Source of the DNA: Octopus sinensis
Taxonomy: Eukaryota
DNA: 64,000 bases
Reading direction: 5' to 3'
NCBI RefSeq assembly: GCF_006345805.1
Contig: NW_021825323.1
Location: 868,001 to 932,000, forward strand
Made by a program: the position numbers and the translations under genes. Shown here one piece after another: positions 24,912 through 37,299 of the stretch. Under the pieces are notes generated by a model that saw only the letters and a program-made list of their open reading frames with translations, did not search any database and was not told the origin of the DNA. How positions within the stretch are numbered: position 1 is the stretch's first letter; every line of letters begins with the position of its first letter.

Positions 24912-26700
24912 ATGACAGAATTGATTTGTCCAGAGCAACTGGAGGACACAGACCTGCTTATCATTGAAAATCCTCATCTTTCAACCGATTCCGTGGACAA
25001 TTCTATTTCTAAGAAAATAGAATGCAAGTACGATTACTTCGAAGCAACCACCGATCCTCTGGAAAACCAAAAGTATTTCCCAAACTAACAAATTTAGACT
25101 CTTAGAAGTCAAAAGATGGCCTACAAAACTTACAATTCAGAAGAACAAGAACTTTTGAATTTTGTCTCCAACCTTCAGTCTCAGTACGTCAACTTGTACC
25201 CTCAGGCGAGTCCACTCTTCCTTCTTCCCTTCAACGAATGCAATATAAAAGTAATTATGACTCTAAATAAAGAAATTTGTGTCACTGACAATCATCCCGA
25301 CTCTTCTAAAATACTCCGACCTTTTTATGTGGGAAGACTGCAGTCGATTTGTGAGCGACTTTCTTAGTTTAGAACTCCTTCCATGTCCTTATAAGTTGGT
25401 AAGTGCAACCTACGATTGTAAGCCAAGGACTTTGTTCTCTCCAAACACAGTTTTAGCCCGACAATGTGGCAACTGTTTTGAGTACAGTTCTGTCCTCTGT
25501 TCCCTCCTCCTTGGGGCGGGATATGACGCATATGTCTTCAGTGGATATGCTTCCAGAGAAGTATGTCAAATGATTGAGAAACACGTGGAATATGACCACA
25601 ATGATCCTTCAGAGGAGGTCGAGGTATATTTCGTGGATATCAAACCAAGGGGTCCAGCAAAGTGACAGCCAAATCTCCACGTACCTTAAGCAGTCAATAT
25701 GTCAAGTCAGAGATTTAAAAGGCTAAAGCCAAGAGGGCCAAAGAGGCCGAGAAACTGAGAGAACATGAAAGAAACTGTCAAAAGGAGCGGGAAATGCCAG
25801 AATTTGATTCACTTTTTGGACGTCGAATTCATTCTTGGGTGTTGATTTTGCCTGGAAAACGGGAGGTGGTGGAACCCTTCTTTATCGAGCCTTTGACGGG
25901 GTCGGGAAAGTCAGTGAAGGACCCGGACTTTGTAGGGATCGAATCAATTTGGAATGACCAGAACTACTGGATGTGTACACACAAACGCCGAGGACAGGAA
26001 TACTCCTTGTCCTGTCTAAATTATGATTTGGAGAACACGGAAGTGTGGGAGAAAATGTTCCCTTCTGAGGAGACCACTGAGGGTCCCCACTGTGAAGACT
26101 TGGGGGAAGACCTTGAAGACTTGATTGAGGAGGACAAACCTATATTTCGACCAGTCAAACTACCCAAATCGTGGTGTCTTCCAATTCGGGTCAATTTAAA
26201 AGGTGCAAATTCGAGTCGTAAAAATCAGATTATAAAACTCACAATAAAAACTCAAAACGAATTTTTTACTACAACCGACAGCCAATCGAGACCTTTACTC
26301 CATACTCAATGCCCGATGGGGTCATTCGGAGGGTCACAACCTTCTCAGACTACGACCGTTGACCGTAGTAATTCACGTGATAGAAAACTGCAAACTCTCG
26401 GTCGACGAATTCTACAAAAACAGAGTCGATAAACTTGAAAAAAGAACGATTAATCAACAAACCAACACTTTTTGTGAATTCTTCGAGTCTGGACGGCCTA
26501 GATATCTGAAGGGTGGTTTAAACACATGTCCCAAGTTGGTAGAACACGAATATGGTCCTGCAGAAACGAAAAGAATAATGCGATTCAACCACAGGGGACG
26601 TCTGGACTGTCTGACCTCCCGCGAAATGACCGCGAACAAAGTCGTGGAGTACTACGAAGGGAGGGATGACTTCATGCTTTCCAGAATCTATTTAAAATAT
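24912..26700 (+). pseudogene. DRC7: Dynein regulatory complex subunit 7 (CCDC135), disrupted and 3'-truncated
   Basis: PLFLLPFNEC, QCGNCFEYSSVLCSLLLGAGYDAYVFSGYASRE, RIHSWVLILPGKREVVEPFFIEPLTG; frameshift near 25115, in-frame TAA near 25716, homology ends near 26690. Confidence 0.8.
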
Positions 26701-27240
26701 TCAGTCTTCAGTCACATAATGGTGCAATCATGAATAAGATAGCTAAAATCAGAGTTGTCGCATTTATAAAAACAAAATTTTTTTGGAACATTATAGGCCT
26801 GGTTTGTTTATTTTCAACAAGATAAGGAATCAAATTTTTATCATGGAAGAGTGAAAATCGTATCCACTGTATTAACACGAGATGACTCAAAATTTCAAAA
26901 ATATGCACAATCGGTAATAATCAATGAGACGACACGTATATTCTTATAAGAACAAAGTAGAACCAAGGACAGCAGTCTCGAATTGTACAAGAAAATAAAA
27001 GATATTTATAACAAATTAAAATTAACTACAATATTCCCATTGCCTTTCACCACTTTTCAAGAAGAAAGGCAGGTTTGCATACCTGAGAAACAATCATATT
27101 AGAGGAAATAATCGTCAGATATTAGTTAATAAAATACTTAATTAAACTTAAAAAATCGACTGATTTTATTAACAAAAATATTGCAAAAAAACTCAGACAG
27201 CCTCATCTATAGAGAATCACCTAAAAACCGCACAAACTCA

Positions 27241-30200
27241 TTAACGAGGTGAAGAATACTTGGAATCTTCAAATCTATAACCCCTAACAGGATGATAACT
27301 TGGTCTATAAGGTAATATCAAAATAGAAAAACCCTCGATAACTACTTCTAGGACGAATACTAGCCCTAACGATTCTTTCCACTGCTGGATACGAATGACC
27401 TCGTTCCTGTGGCCTCAAATTCAACGTCGGTTTAGGAAAACTAAACAAATAATCAATCCTGTTCAAACCAAACTCCAGGAAGCAAACAAGTTGGAAAAAT
27501 AGTAGAATCGGGATATTTCAAGCATTCGTATTTAGTACTAACATATAATTACAAAAATATATCAACCAAACAACTGAATTGGACACAATCCTCTCTGAAA
27601 ATTCAGATTCCGAGATATCACTATACGTGGAACTAAAAGAAATACCGATCCAGAGAATGAGCGTAACGACTCAGCGAAACATATCCCGACATTCCATCAA
27701 AATAGGCAGGGTCAATAGTCAATTTCTTAAAAAGTACACTTCAGATAATTACTTGATCAGGATTGCTTTCCAAATTGGTATAAATGCTCTTAAGAAAAGA
27801 AAACGCCTTGTTTTCACAACCCACAAACATCTCTGCATATCCAAGCTCGTTACGTGACTCTATTTTAGAGTAAATCAGAAAATATACTCCACGTATCGTC
27901 GAGGTTTTTGCTGACAGTCTTTACAGTCTGGAGAAGTCTATTCTCGTCTATGAAAGGAAGTAGTGCGACTCCTTGCCACGCAAATCTCTTTCCGTTCAAA
28001 TCAACTTCAAAATCTGAAGGATAGAAATCCAAAATGGGCGAATCCTAAGAATCCACATTATTCCACAACTCACCTCGTCTGTCATCAACGAGGACAATGA
28101 TTGAGGTATCAACGAACCACTTCTTGGAGGTAAAACAGCCATGAGTTGTTCTAATGGTCGATACTTTAGAAAATTAGGCAGAAAACTCACCGGTTGACTA
28201 TGTGCATCAAAATTGACTTTCAATTTCCCAAGACTCTTAAAATCAGACGCAAATGGGGAGTAGTGATAAGGATAGTACCATGACCAAGAAGGACAGCCCT
28301 ATAAATGATATTGACATACATACAACCTGGTAGTAATATAACATTACCCAACATAACCCAATCGCATACTCATCCGCAACTTTATGACGGAAGTCACTAT
28401 CTCCTTCGACATTAAACTTGGTTTGGTAGTATCGAGGCTTCCAACCATCCTCCCAGAGACGAACATTGTCATTCTCGGCCGATACTTCACCGGCTGAGGG
28501 TATTTTGGCAGACGGAGTTTGGATTGTGTTCTACTCTCAGCAATTTCATACAAACCTCAGAACGACGTTTATGTGGTTCTTCTTCCACAGACGAATCACC
28601 CGACTTGTGTCTCCAGTCTCTGTTCATCGCAGCAGAAAGATTTTCTTGCTTCCGGCGATAAAACAGCTTTAAACTGATGTTAACAAATGATACATCTTTG
28701 TTACGCCTGTTCTTAAAAATTTCGTCTTCGGCATGTCCAAGCGCTAAACTAATGAACAAATAAAGACCTGTAAGCATTTTTTGTACTCCTTCTAGATTGA
28801 CGTAACCACTTTTTGTTAGATATCCCTACCGTTAAGTTTAATTTAATACCTTTATTTTATAGACCACATTTTTGTATATTTCAACAAGTCGAGGAATCGC
28901 CTCTTCTCTAAAAATTAATTATATTTTAATTGAACTAATAGTTCATTACACAATGTATAAACATAATATTTCTAGTTATTTGAATCAAAATAAATAATTA
29001 ACACCAACCGGATATCAAGAGAAGGCAAATGTGGGAGGAAATCATTGCCAACAAAAAAGCAAATAAAAACCCAATCATCAAGCACTCTCTAAAAATAAGT
29101 AATGAATATACTTCAAAGTCATATTTAAAGGGAGGGTTGACAAGTCTTAATTGATTTGACAAATATTCTCGAAGAATGTTGAGAGGAATAAAAATGAAAC
29201 GCACAATATTGGCGTACAGAGATAGTCCTGGATCGACATCAGACGCCGCAGTCCCACGACATTCCTCAGTCACATGTCCTTTAATAAATTAACCAAATCA
29301 AACCAAACTGCCCACAAATATCACACGGCTTTGGCTTATTTGGAATAAACTCTTCCCGAAGGATAGTGAAATGTGGCTCGTGAGTAGCCAAGCCCACAAT
29401 GAGTCATAAAAGGGACATACCAAGCATAATGAGATCGGCTAAAAATAATAAAATCAGCAAAATACCGTCTGCTCCAAATATGCAGTGTTTTGTGTTCGGA
29501 TCGTGTTGTGGTTGTCCTGTAAATAGCAAACACCAAAGATACCCCTCTGTTTGCGGATATAGTCCATAATTTTATGTTCCCCCTCTCCTGGAACTGACGA
29601 TGTGGATAAAATGACTCGAATCCGCTGCCAGGCTGGGACCTGATTACACCGGGAATAAACATAGGCTCTTAAAGCACAAGACAGGATATCCATAAATTCA
29701 GTCCCCTTTAAATAAACATAAGAAATGACCGGAGTGATGCAATTGCTATCAAATTCAAGTTGTTTTGGAATATCATTGAGATCGAATCCTTGTTCTAGCA
29801 ATTTGGCTTTGATTTCTGAAATGCTTTCAGCTTTGATGCTGAAATAAAGATTTTTTAACTGACTTTAATTCCTTGGCAGAACGGAACCGTCGAGATCTCT
29901 GTTGGTTCATTTTTGCTCGCGGAGCCTAAGAATATAAGAAAAGACATACCACTCCGTCCACAGCCATGTATATAAGCTTAGAAGGTCTGACCATACTGAA
30001 TATTCTGTCTACGTATTCAAAGATGGCTAGCATCATTTCTACTATGTTGGAAGGGGGTTTTCTATCAGGTTAGTCTTCGGAATACTTGTCTTCTGGGTGA
30101 CTACATGGGTGAATTATAGCATTCATGTCAAGGTAGAGGTTGTCGAACTCAATATTATTTGGGTTGGGTTTAGACAAGTCTGCGTCTGAGTCCTTTGAAT

Positions 30201-30293
30201 TTTAATTATTAAAAATACATTTTTTTCAATTCCGTAAACTACTATACCCGGATAATTAATAGTCAGCCATTTGAACAACGAGGGGACACCCAT
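27241..30293 (-). CDS. XRN2: 5'-3' exoribonuclease 2, many tiny introns
   Basis: [101 protein letters not shown]. Confidence 0.96.
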
Positions 30294-30567
30294 AGTAGAA
30301 AATAATATTTAAATTATTATTTTGGTAATTGTGATAGAATATGTTATAATATTAATAAAAATAAAAAAACAAAGATAAGAACGTTAAAGAAAACATTACC
30401 AAAAGCAGACGATCTAACTTTCCTTCACAAAAATCACATTTTGATTAGATTAGATTTTTTTGGATATTTAGTTACGATTTTCATAAAAAATTTAATTTTT
30501 TTAAATAAATAAAAAATATTTTTTTAATTAATTATTAACGTGCTTATTTTAATTTTGTTGTTTGTGT
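30294..30567. promoter_or_regulatory. Probable bidirectional promoter, XRN2/FAU
   Basis: 274-bp AT-rich gap between divergent start codons. Confidence 0.5.
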
Positions 30568-31031
30568 ATGCAGATAATTGTAAAAGGAGTTGAAAAATCA
30601 TTTGTGGTTAATTTAGATCAACAAGGTACTATTCATGATCTAAAGGTCTGATTTAAAATTATACAATAATTTTAGAAATACCTTTCTTCCCATTATAAGC
30701 TCAATGGGTCTGATCAGGTGTTGTTCTCTAACAGTCATGTGTATCTTGATAATGACAAACTCGTGGATATTACTAACAAATCGGTTAACCTCCTCCTAAA
30801 ATGCCCCGGAGGTCGTCAGCACGGATCACTCATGCACGTTGGGAAAGTGCGGAATCGAACTCCTAAGGTGGACGGAAATGTTTCTTAAGGTTTTAGATTC
30901 CGAAGACAGAGAAGAGACGCAAAAAAACTGGTCGTTGTCACAGGAGAGAACAGTACAATAAACGAGTTAAGTGCGTCAAGATTTCTACCATGAGAAGGGT
31001 GGGACCCAATTCTAATGCTAATAAGAAATAA
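30568..31031 (+). CDS. FAU: Ubiquitin-like FUBI fused to ribosomal protein eS30
   Basis: Two introns (30 and 29 nt); ...CPGG RQHGSLMHVGKVRNRTPK...KKTGR...GPNSNA. Confidence 0.95.
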
Positions 31032-31120
31032 TTTGTCTCGTTGATTTTATTTCTTGATTCTTTTTTTTCTTTATTAATTTGATTTATTTACTTTGAACAT
31101 ATTCTTAAAGTTTAAATATA

Positions 31121-32883
31121 CAGTGCAATTCCTTATTGGGGCGACCCCGGACGTGGGGCACCCTCGGGTTTTGGGGCAATTTGAATTTCTATTAGGAGTT
31201 TTTCTGTTTATTCTTTATAAGATAAACCCCGTTATGGGGCATTTAATATTATATATATTTTTTAGTTATAATTTTTGAATTTTATTTTATAATAACTAAT
31301 AATAACGTGTTTCTGTTGTTATGCCGAAGAGAATTTCTGTCAAAGACAAATTAGAGATTGCAAAGGCTTTAAAAACGAAAAATATGTCTGAAAGACAAGT
31401 TTTAAACAAATTCAAGACAAGCAAATGGACTATTTCTAGAATCAAACGAGAAATATGTAATTTTGATGGATGTGAAGGTTCTGAGGGCTTCAGAGAGAAC
31501 CCGATAATAGTGATAAACATTCATTTCTCGACAAGGTCGTTTTTACTTCATTTCAAAAATAATAATTAAGTATGCATAAATTTCTATAGATTAAGAAATG
31601 ATAATTTAGTAGTTTCCGAACCATTATTACAATCTACTGCCAAGAAAGCAGCTCAAATTTTTAATTTATCAGAATTTAAAGCTTTCAATGGATGGCTTGA
31701 TCGTTTTAAGAAACGGCATCAACTTTTTTTAAAACAATTTCTGGTGAAAAAAGTCATGCGACACATCCATGCTGAAAAGCTTCTTTAAAACTTATGATAA
31801 TCACATGGAAGCATATTCCAGCAAGGATATCTTCAACTGCGATGAGTCTGGATTATTTGTCAAAAAATCCGACTGTAGATCCTTCGTAGAGTTAACGGAC
31901 ACTTGTAGTGGTGTCAAAAAAATAAAGAAAGAGTTACCGTTCTTTTATGTACAAATTCAATTGGTGAGAAAATGAAACCTTTGGTAATCGGAAAATACAA
32001 GTCTCCTCGTTGTTTGAAAAATTTTAATATTGAACAGCATAATGTATTATATATGTCTTCAAAAAATGCTTGGATGACAAGTTATATTTTTAATGCATGG
32101 TTATGTATGTGATAAATGAACAAATGAAGGAGAATAACAGACATATTTTATTAATTTTGGATAATGCAGGATGTCATAAAGCAGATGATTATTCCAATAT
32201 AAATTTTTTATATTTGCCTAAAAATACTACTTCGCTGCTTCAACCGCTTGACATGGGAATAATTCGCTCATTCAAAACATGTTACTCACATGAACTGGTT
32301 AAATTCATATGTTTTTTTGAATGCAAAGAATTAATATTAAATGGTATTCACTGTATATAAATAAATCTTTTAGGCCTATCAAATATAAATATGAGAAATG
32401 TTTTGCTAGCAATTGAAGATGCTTGGATGAATGTTACTAAAGAAACGATTACAAATTGTTGGAATAAAATTAATGAGCAACGTACACATGATGTGAAAAA
32501 ATCGAAGAAACTGTCAAGGAAGTTATATCAGTAGAAATCTCTGGTATAGAAAATGACAACGCATTATATGACGGAGTTATAAAATGTCAATCTATCAAGG
32601 AACTAATTTTTTCAATTAATGCAATGGAAGATAACATTTTTCAGCATGCTCCAGAGATATTAAATGAATTTTATAATTTTAAGAAGTTGACAATGGATCG
32701 ATTAATTCAAAAGTACAAATTCGGAGCGAAAATAACGGATCATTTCCCGACAAGTAAAGACTAAAATTGTTAAATGAAATTAAGAATAAACATCTTTTGG
32801 TTTTAAATTAACAAAACGTTAGTTTTTTTCGTTAATATTAGAAAACCCCTCTATCTGGGGAAACCCAAAAAGAGGTTAGACTG
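31121..32883 (+). mobile_element. Tigger/pogo DNA transposon, frameshifted
   Basis: TA|CAGT...ACTG|TA ends; FNGWLDRFKKRH, IFNCDESGLF, KPLVIGKYKSPRC, NAWMT, LILDNAGCH, PKNTTSLLQPLDMGIIRSFK. Confidence 0.9.
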
Positions 32884-32889
32884 TATTTA

Positions 32890-34580
32890 CGAGGTTGTAA
32901 CCAATGAATAAGTCCTCAATAACATATCCGTATTTGCATTGTTTGGGGAATATAGTCAGAGCCAAAGTCCGCCTCAAATCTCGTTATATAACATAAGGGA
33001 CTAATTGACACCGAGCATAGAAAGAGACCCAAACGATCATCCCGACCTCTGTCGGCATAATGATTAAGTTCTTTCGAAGTAAAGACAGAAAAGCCCAGAC
33101 TACTGGCTAAGTATTAAAGGGCAGCTCCATCCATGTTCGTTGTTTCACATCCATAGCTCACATTTCAAGATCTCCGGCTAGGATTGCCAAGGAATTTTCT
33201 TCAAAGAACGTCTCAATGACAATTGAATAACGCCTTAGAGACTGAGTACATTCCATCAATGGTCAGCCAACCAGTAGTCGTGTGCAATTCAAGCACAATA
33301 AGTTCACAGAGAGTCACCTCCACAAGTCTGATGTTCCTCATCTTCAGGTCGCTCTGTAATAGACTGAGGTTCCTGTTCCCGCCACTGAGTTTGTTTTCCA
33401 TGGTATATTAATAGAAATGTAGTCTTTAAATTCCATTTTCATTCTTTCAGCTAAGTCTCATTAATGACCAAGATGTCAGACTTCTCTGAGGATAGGAGAA
33501 TCCTTCCGTTGTCGGCGACTAACCTCCCGTGAAAGTGCCGCCACCTTGGCTAAAGGAAACGTATCAATAGTTGGCTTTTCAGACATTTCGAAGGCTTGCC
33601 CCTCTATCAAGTCCAGAATTTCACTTTGGCTTCCTTCTGGTTGTTAAGGGGCCCGTTTTAAATTGCTTACTTTCTGTGGAACACAGATCGGATCTTTTTG
33701 AATGCCAAATTCGACAGTCATCGCAATCCACTGTTTCGAGAGACTCAGCGTCCGTCTGTACACCAGCATCAGAGAACAGTCCGTTTCTTAACGATTTCTT
33801 TCGGAATTTTTCCTCCAAAAGTTTTTCATTCGAAACTTTTATATTAGGTGCATTCCTTTTGGGAAATTGTTTATTAGAGATGTCCTTAGAATCCTTCAAA
33901 GAGTTTTCAACTTTAACTTTCCAATTAAAAATCGTGCTCTAGCTGTCAGATGGTGTCACAGAGGTTCCCGAAGTAATTTTTGATTGTCGCATTACTCCGA
34001 TTCTTCTCTCCAGTGACTGTTTAGCGACTGGGCAACTTCCCCAATTGGCTCTGTGCGTCGACAGGCCACAATTAATATAGAAAATACCCCCAAATAGAAA
34101 GCGGCGCAGAGACTCCTTGTAGAAAGATGCAATATGACCGAAATTTTTACAGCGAAAACATCGCACTTAAGGTCGTTTAAATGATTCAAATCTCAGTGGA
34201 GTGAAACCAATTTTCAATCCCAGAGTTATCAGAGACTGTGCTTCGACTTTGTCGGTTACGATGAGTTTCTCGAGAGTTAGAGGCTCCCCATTTTTATAGA
34301 ATCTTTCTAATAAAAACCCCTTGGAGATTACTCTCGACAAAAGCTTTTCGAGATCACAGTCTCGAACCAAATATAAAATTTTTCATATTATGAGTTCGGA
34401 CTTGATAAGAGTAGCCATCTCAATCGAATGGCCACGCATTCCTAAAGGATGATTCTGGTCCAAATCGATCTGAAAAGAGCGAAAGTCCTCTTTCCTTTTA
34501 AATAGTAGCTCATATGAGCTCATATTTCCATTGTTTTTACACAAATTGATTTGCTCAATCAAAGGTACAAGAACCAAGCA
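32890..34580 (-). mobile_element. LINE 5' portion: gag-like ORF1 with zinc knuckles plus start of APE endonuclease, degraded
   Basis: RCFRCKNFGH, INCGLSTHRANWGSCP; downstream ILAGDLEM and DDRLGLF decayed APE-like motifs. Confidence 0.7.
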
Positions 34581-34951
34581 CTTGTTTATGTATATCTTCT
34601 ATAAAATAAATTAAAAAGTTTTTTTAAGTCAAAATGATATTTTCTTGGGTTATGATAAATTTCATTTAATGGAACGCAAACTTGTGGAGATTGAAAAGAT
34701 CGCTAAGTGCTAAAGATTTATTTTAGTCTCTCTTGTTTTTAAAATAATCCTAAAAATGAGACACTTATAATTTTCTCTTAGTCCTAATCATGAACTATTT
34801 CTATTTTAAATGTCAATGTAAATAGGTCAATCAAATAATTTTATTGTCAGCTAGGTCATCATAATTTGAATTTTTATTGATTTAATTCAAAGAAAAACTG
34901 AATTTTAATAAAAACCAGTCCCAAAATTAGTGACAGATATGGATTTTAACT

Positions 34952-35641
34952 TCAGGGGTTAAATGGAGGATAGTAGATCTCATCACATGGATAATTCACG
35001 AGTTTAAAATCACTGTCATAATAAAAATAAACTTGGTTAATGACATTCTGATGGTTGGTAAAAACCTTCACAGTAACCCCATACGACTTAAAAATTGCTT
35101 CTTCAAAACGGATACGCTAAATCTTAAGGATTGCAATCAAACCGAATAACTTTCTTCTTTTGACGGAATAATTCCGAAATCAGAAAGTTTTCTAGAATAT
35201 ATTAGACGATAACTTAACTCGTCTAAATTAATTTCCTTGCGCAATTCCAACACTTTACTGAAATATTTCAGTTCTCCATCAAGAATTCCTTTAAAATGCC
35301 GTCCATGTTTATTCCATTCATGTTCCCTGAGTTTAATTTAACTTAATAATTACCAAAACATTTCATTCGAATGATTTTTTAGGTCGCTAGAAAAATATTT
35401 CTCTAGTTCTTTTTTTATTGGCTAAAAATTGATTTATTGAAACAGTACATTTAATTTAACAATAGAAAATGGACATGTCCCTTCAGTACTGAGATTTTTA
35501 AAGAACCAGAGGCCGTGAATAGTCCACGTTGATGATTCCGATTTTATGTAATCTTTATTCTTATTGATTATAACATATTAAGTAAACTTCAGCATAACCA
35601 GGCTGCCACTGTAAGGCATAGAGATATGCTACAGAATTCAT
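34952..35641 (-). CDS. Ribonuclease T2 family protein (copy B)
   Basis: Same exons and catalytic motifs as copy A; an extra C near 34955 ends the protein about 8 codons early (real or assembly error). Confidence 0.85.
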
Positions 35642-35923
35642 TCTAAATTAAAATTATGATAATTAATTTTTAGCGTCTTTTATAAATAATTTCTATGAAC
35701 AAAACTAACCAGACCCAATTTATCAGCTAATGTATACGTTTGAATATTTTTATTTCGTTTTAGGTTATCCTAATAAATTCTTTAGATAAAATTTATCGCT
35801 AATTTTTAATAAAAACTTATTTTTTATTCTAGATTTTAAAAAATTGACTAATTTTAGTCAATCGAAAAATATGAATTCCATGTTACCACTCCCAGCATTT
35901 GTTCACTCGACAACAATATACTT

Positions 35924-36359
35924 GGCCCCTTTGGCTGAAGACTAAGCTATGAATAATGAATCTGGACAGTCGTGAGTTCGATTCCGAAGGAAGCTCGTTT
36001 TCATCCAGGGGTCAATTCTCGTTATCGTTCCCCTGCCCGTGAGGCAACGAGTACTGCTGGCACGACACAGTTGGAAATGGGGATCTCTTACCTTCCTTCC
36101 GGTCTTAGCGTGGCGTTATGGGGTCCACCATGTCAGTTGGAACTTCCAATCGGATATGGCAACGCTCAGGAGGCACTTAATGCCTACCGAAAAAAGGACT
36201 CTTAGAACTCTGACCCTGGGACATCGTCGTCTCAGGCCGTTCATGTGGGCAGGATCGAACCTTTCAGTAGGATCTCCCTCGCTTGAATCGGGAATCACGG
36301 GGATTATAATAATTAACTGGCTTGCCCGTGTTTGGTCTTTAAATAAATAAAAAAAAATA
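35924..36359 (+). mobile_element. tRNA-derived SINE
   Basis: A-box-like TGGCTGAAGAC at ~35932, B box GTTCGATTCC at 35976-35985, TAAA/A-rich tail, 12-bp TSD AACAATATACTT; empty site in the paralog at ~23757-23767. Confidence 0.9.
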
Positions 36360-37299
36360 AACAATATACTTATTAACATCAAGTCCATCGTACAGTGGAT
36401 ACTGCCGAACATTAGCATCGTTGTCCTGTTTATAAATTAATTTGACGTTGAGACTTTAAAAGCACAGTCGTTCCAACATTTAAATTTTCTTTGTCGCATC
36501 TCCATTTTCTGTTTTAAACATTTTTTCGCCTGCAATAATTAAATTTTATAATGCAATATCTTGTGCCTCTGATAATTCCGTCAAATCGAAAGCTAAAAGT
36601 TGCTTCATTCTGTCAAATGGGTCTGATCAGGTGAAGCATTTAATATTTGGCTCTAAATTTTGAATTTTATTTTGTGATAGAAGAGAATTTCTGTTAAAGG
36701 CAAATTTGAGATTGCGAAGGCTTTAAAAGCTAAAAGTATGGATCGATTAATTGGATCGATTAACTTTAAAAAGTTAACAATAAATCGATTAATTCATCGA
36801 GTATTTTAATATTTTATTTTCTGATTGGAATAAACGCCTTCAAAGTTAACTATAGTGGTCTTAATCAGTCGTGGTATAAATTTAATAATTTCTGTCCTAT
36901 TTTTTACAAATATTTTGTATTGTCATTAATTTTATCATCTTGGTACAAAAATGAAAATCTTAAAATGAGTGGAACCGTTTTGTAGAAATTTTTATTCTAA
37001 TTTGTTTAGAATAATACATTTTACTGTAAAATCGGAATGTTTAAATTTGATCCAAGTCTTTTATTATATGCGGTAAATTTTGTATTTAAATAATTTTATT
37101 GGGTGTGGGAATTGGATTGAAATGAACCTACCATCTTTTTTGGTGGAAAAAGCACGTGTTACAAATTTAATGATCATTAAAGACTATGTATCACTTCGGT
37201 TCTAAAAACGGAAAATAAACCTTAATTTTTAAAATTCATCTTCCGAAGCACGACCGACTGGATATATACCTTTGTTCCTTTTTGTATTCCAACGCAGTC

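Noticed and set aside
25716-25718. In-frame TAA in DRC7 (and TGA in the integrase) as sign of an alternative genetic code
   Set aside because: TAA, TAG and TGA all terminate conserved genes here (RPL5, RPS24, SHMT, CKS1), and both affected genes have other lesions
29517-29542. XRN2 intron starting GTATCTTT as a U12 GT-AG intron
   Set aside because: 26 nt, imperfect 5' site and no U12 branch sequence
35972-36418. ORFs within the SINE, or a functional tRNA gene
   Set aside because: No complete cloverleaf; TSD and tail indicate a SINE; ORFs are incidental
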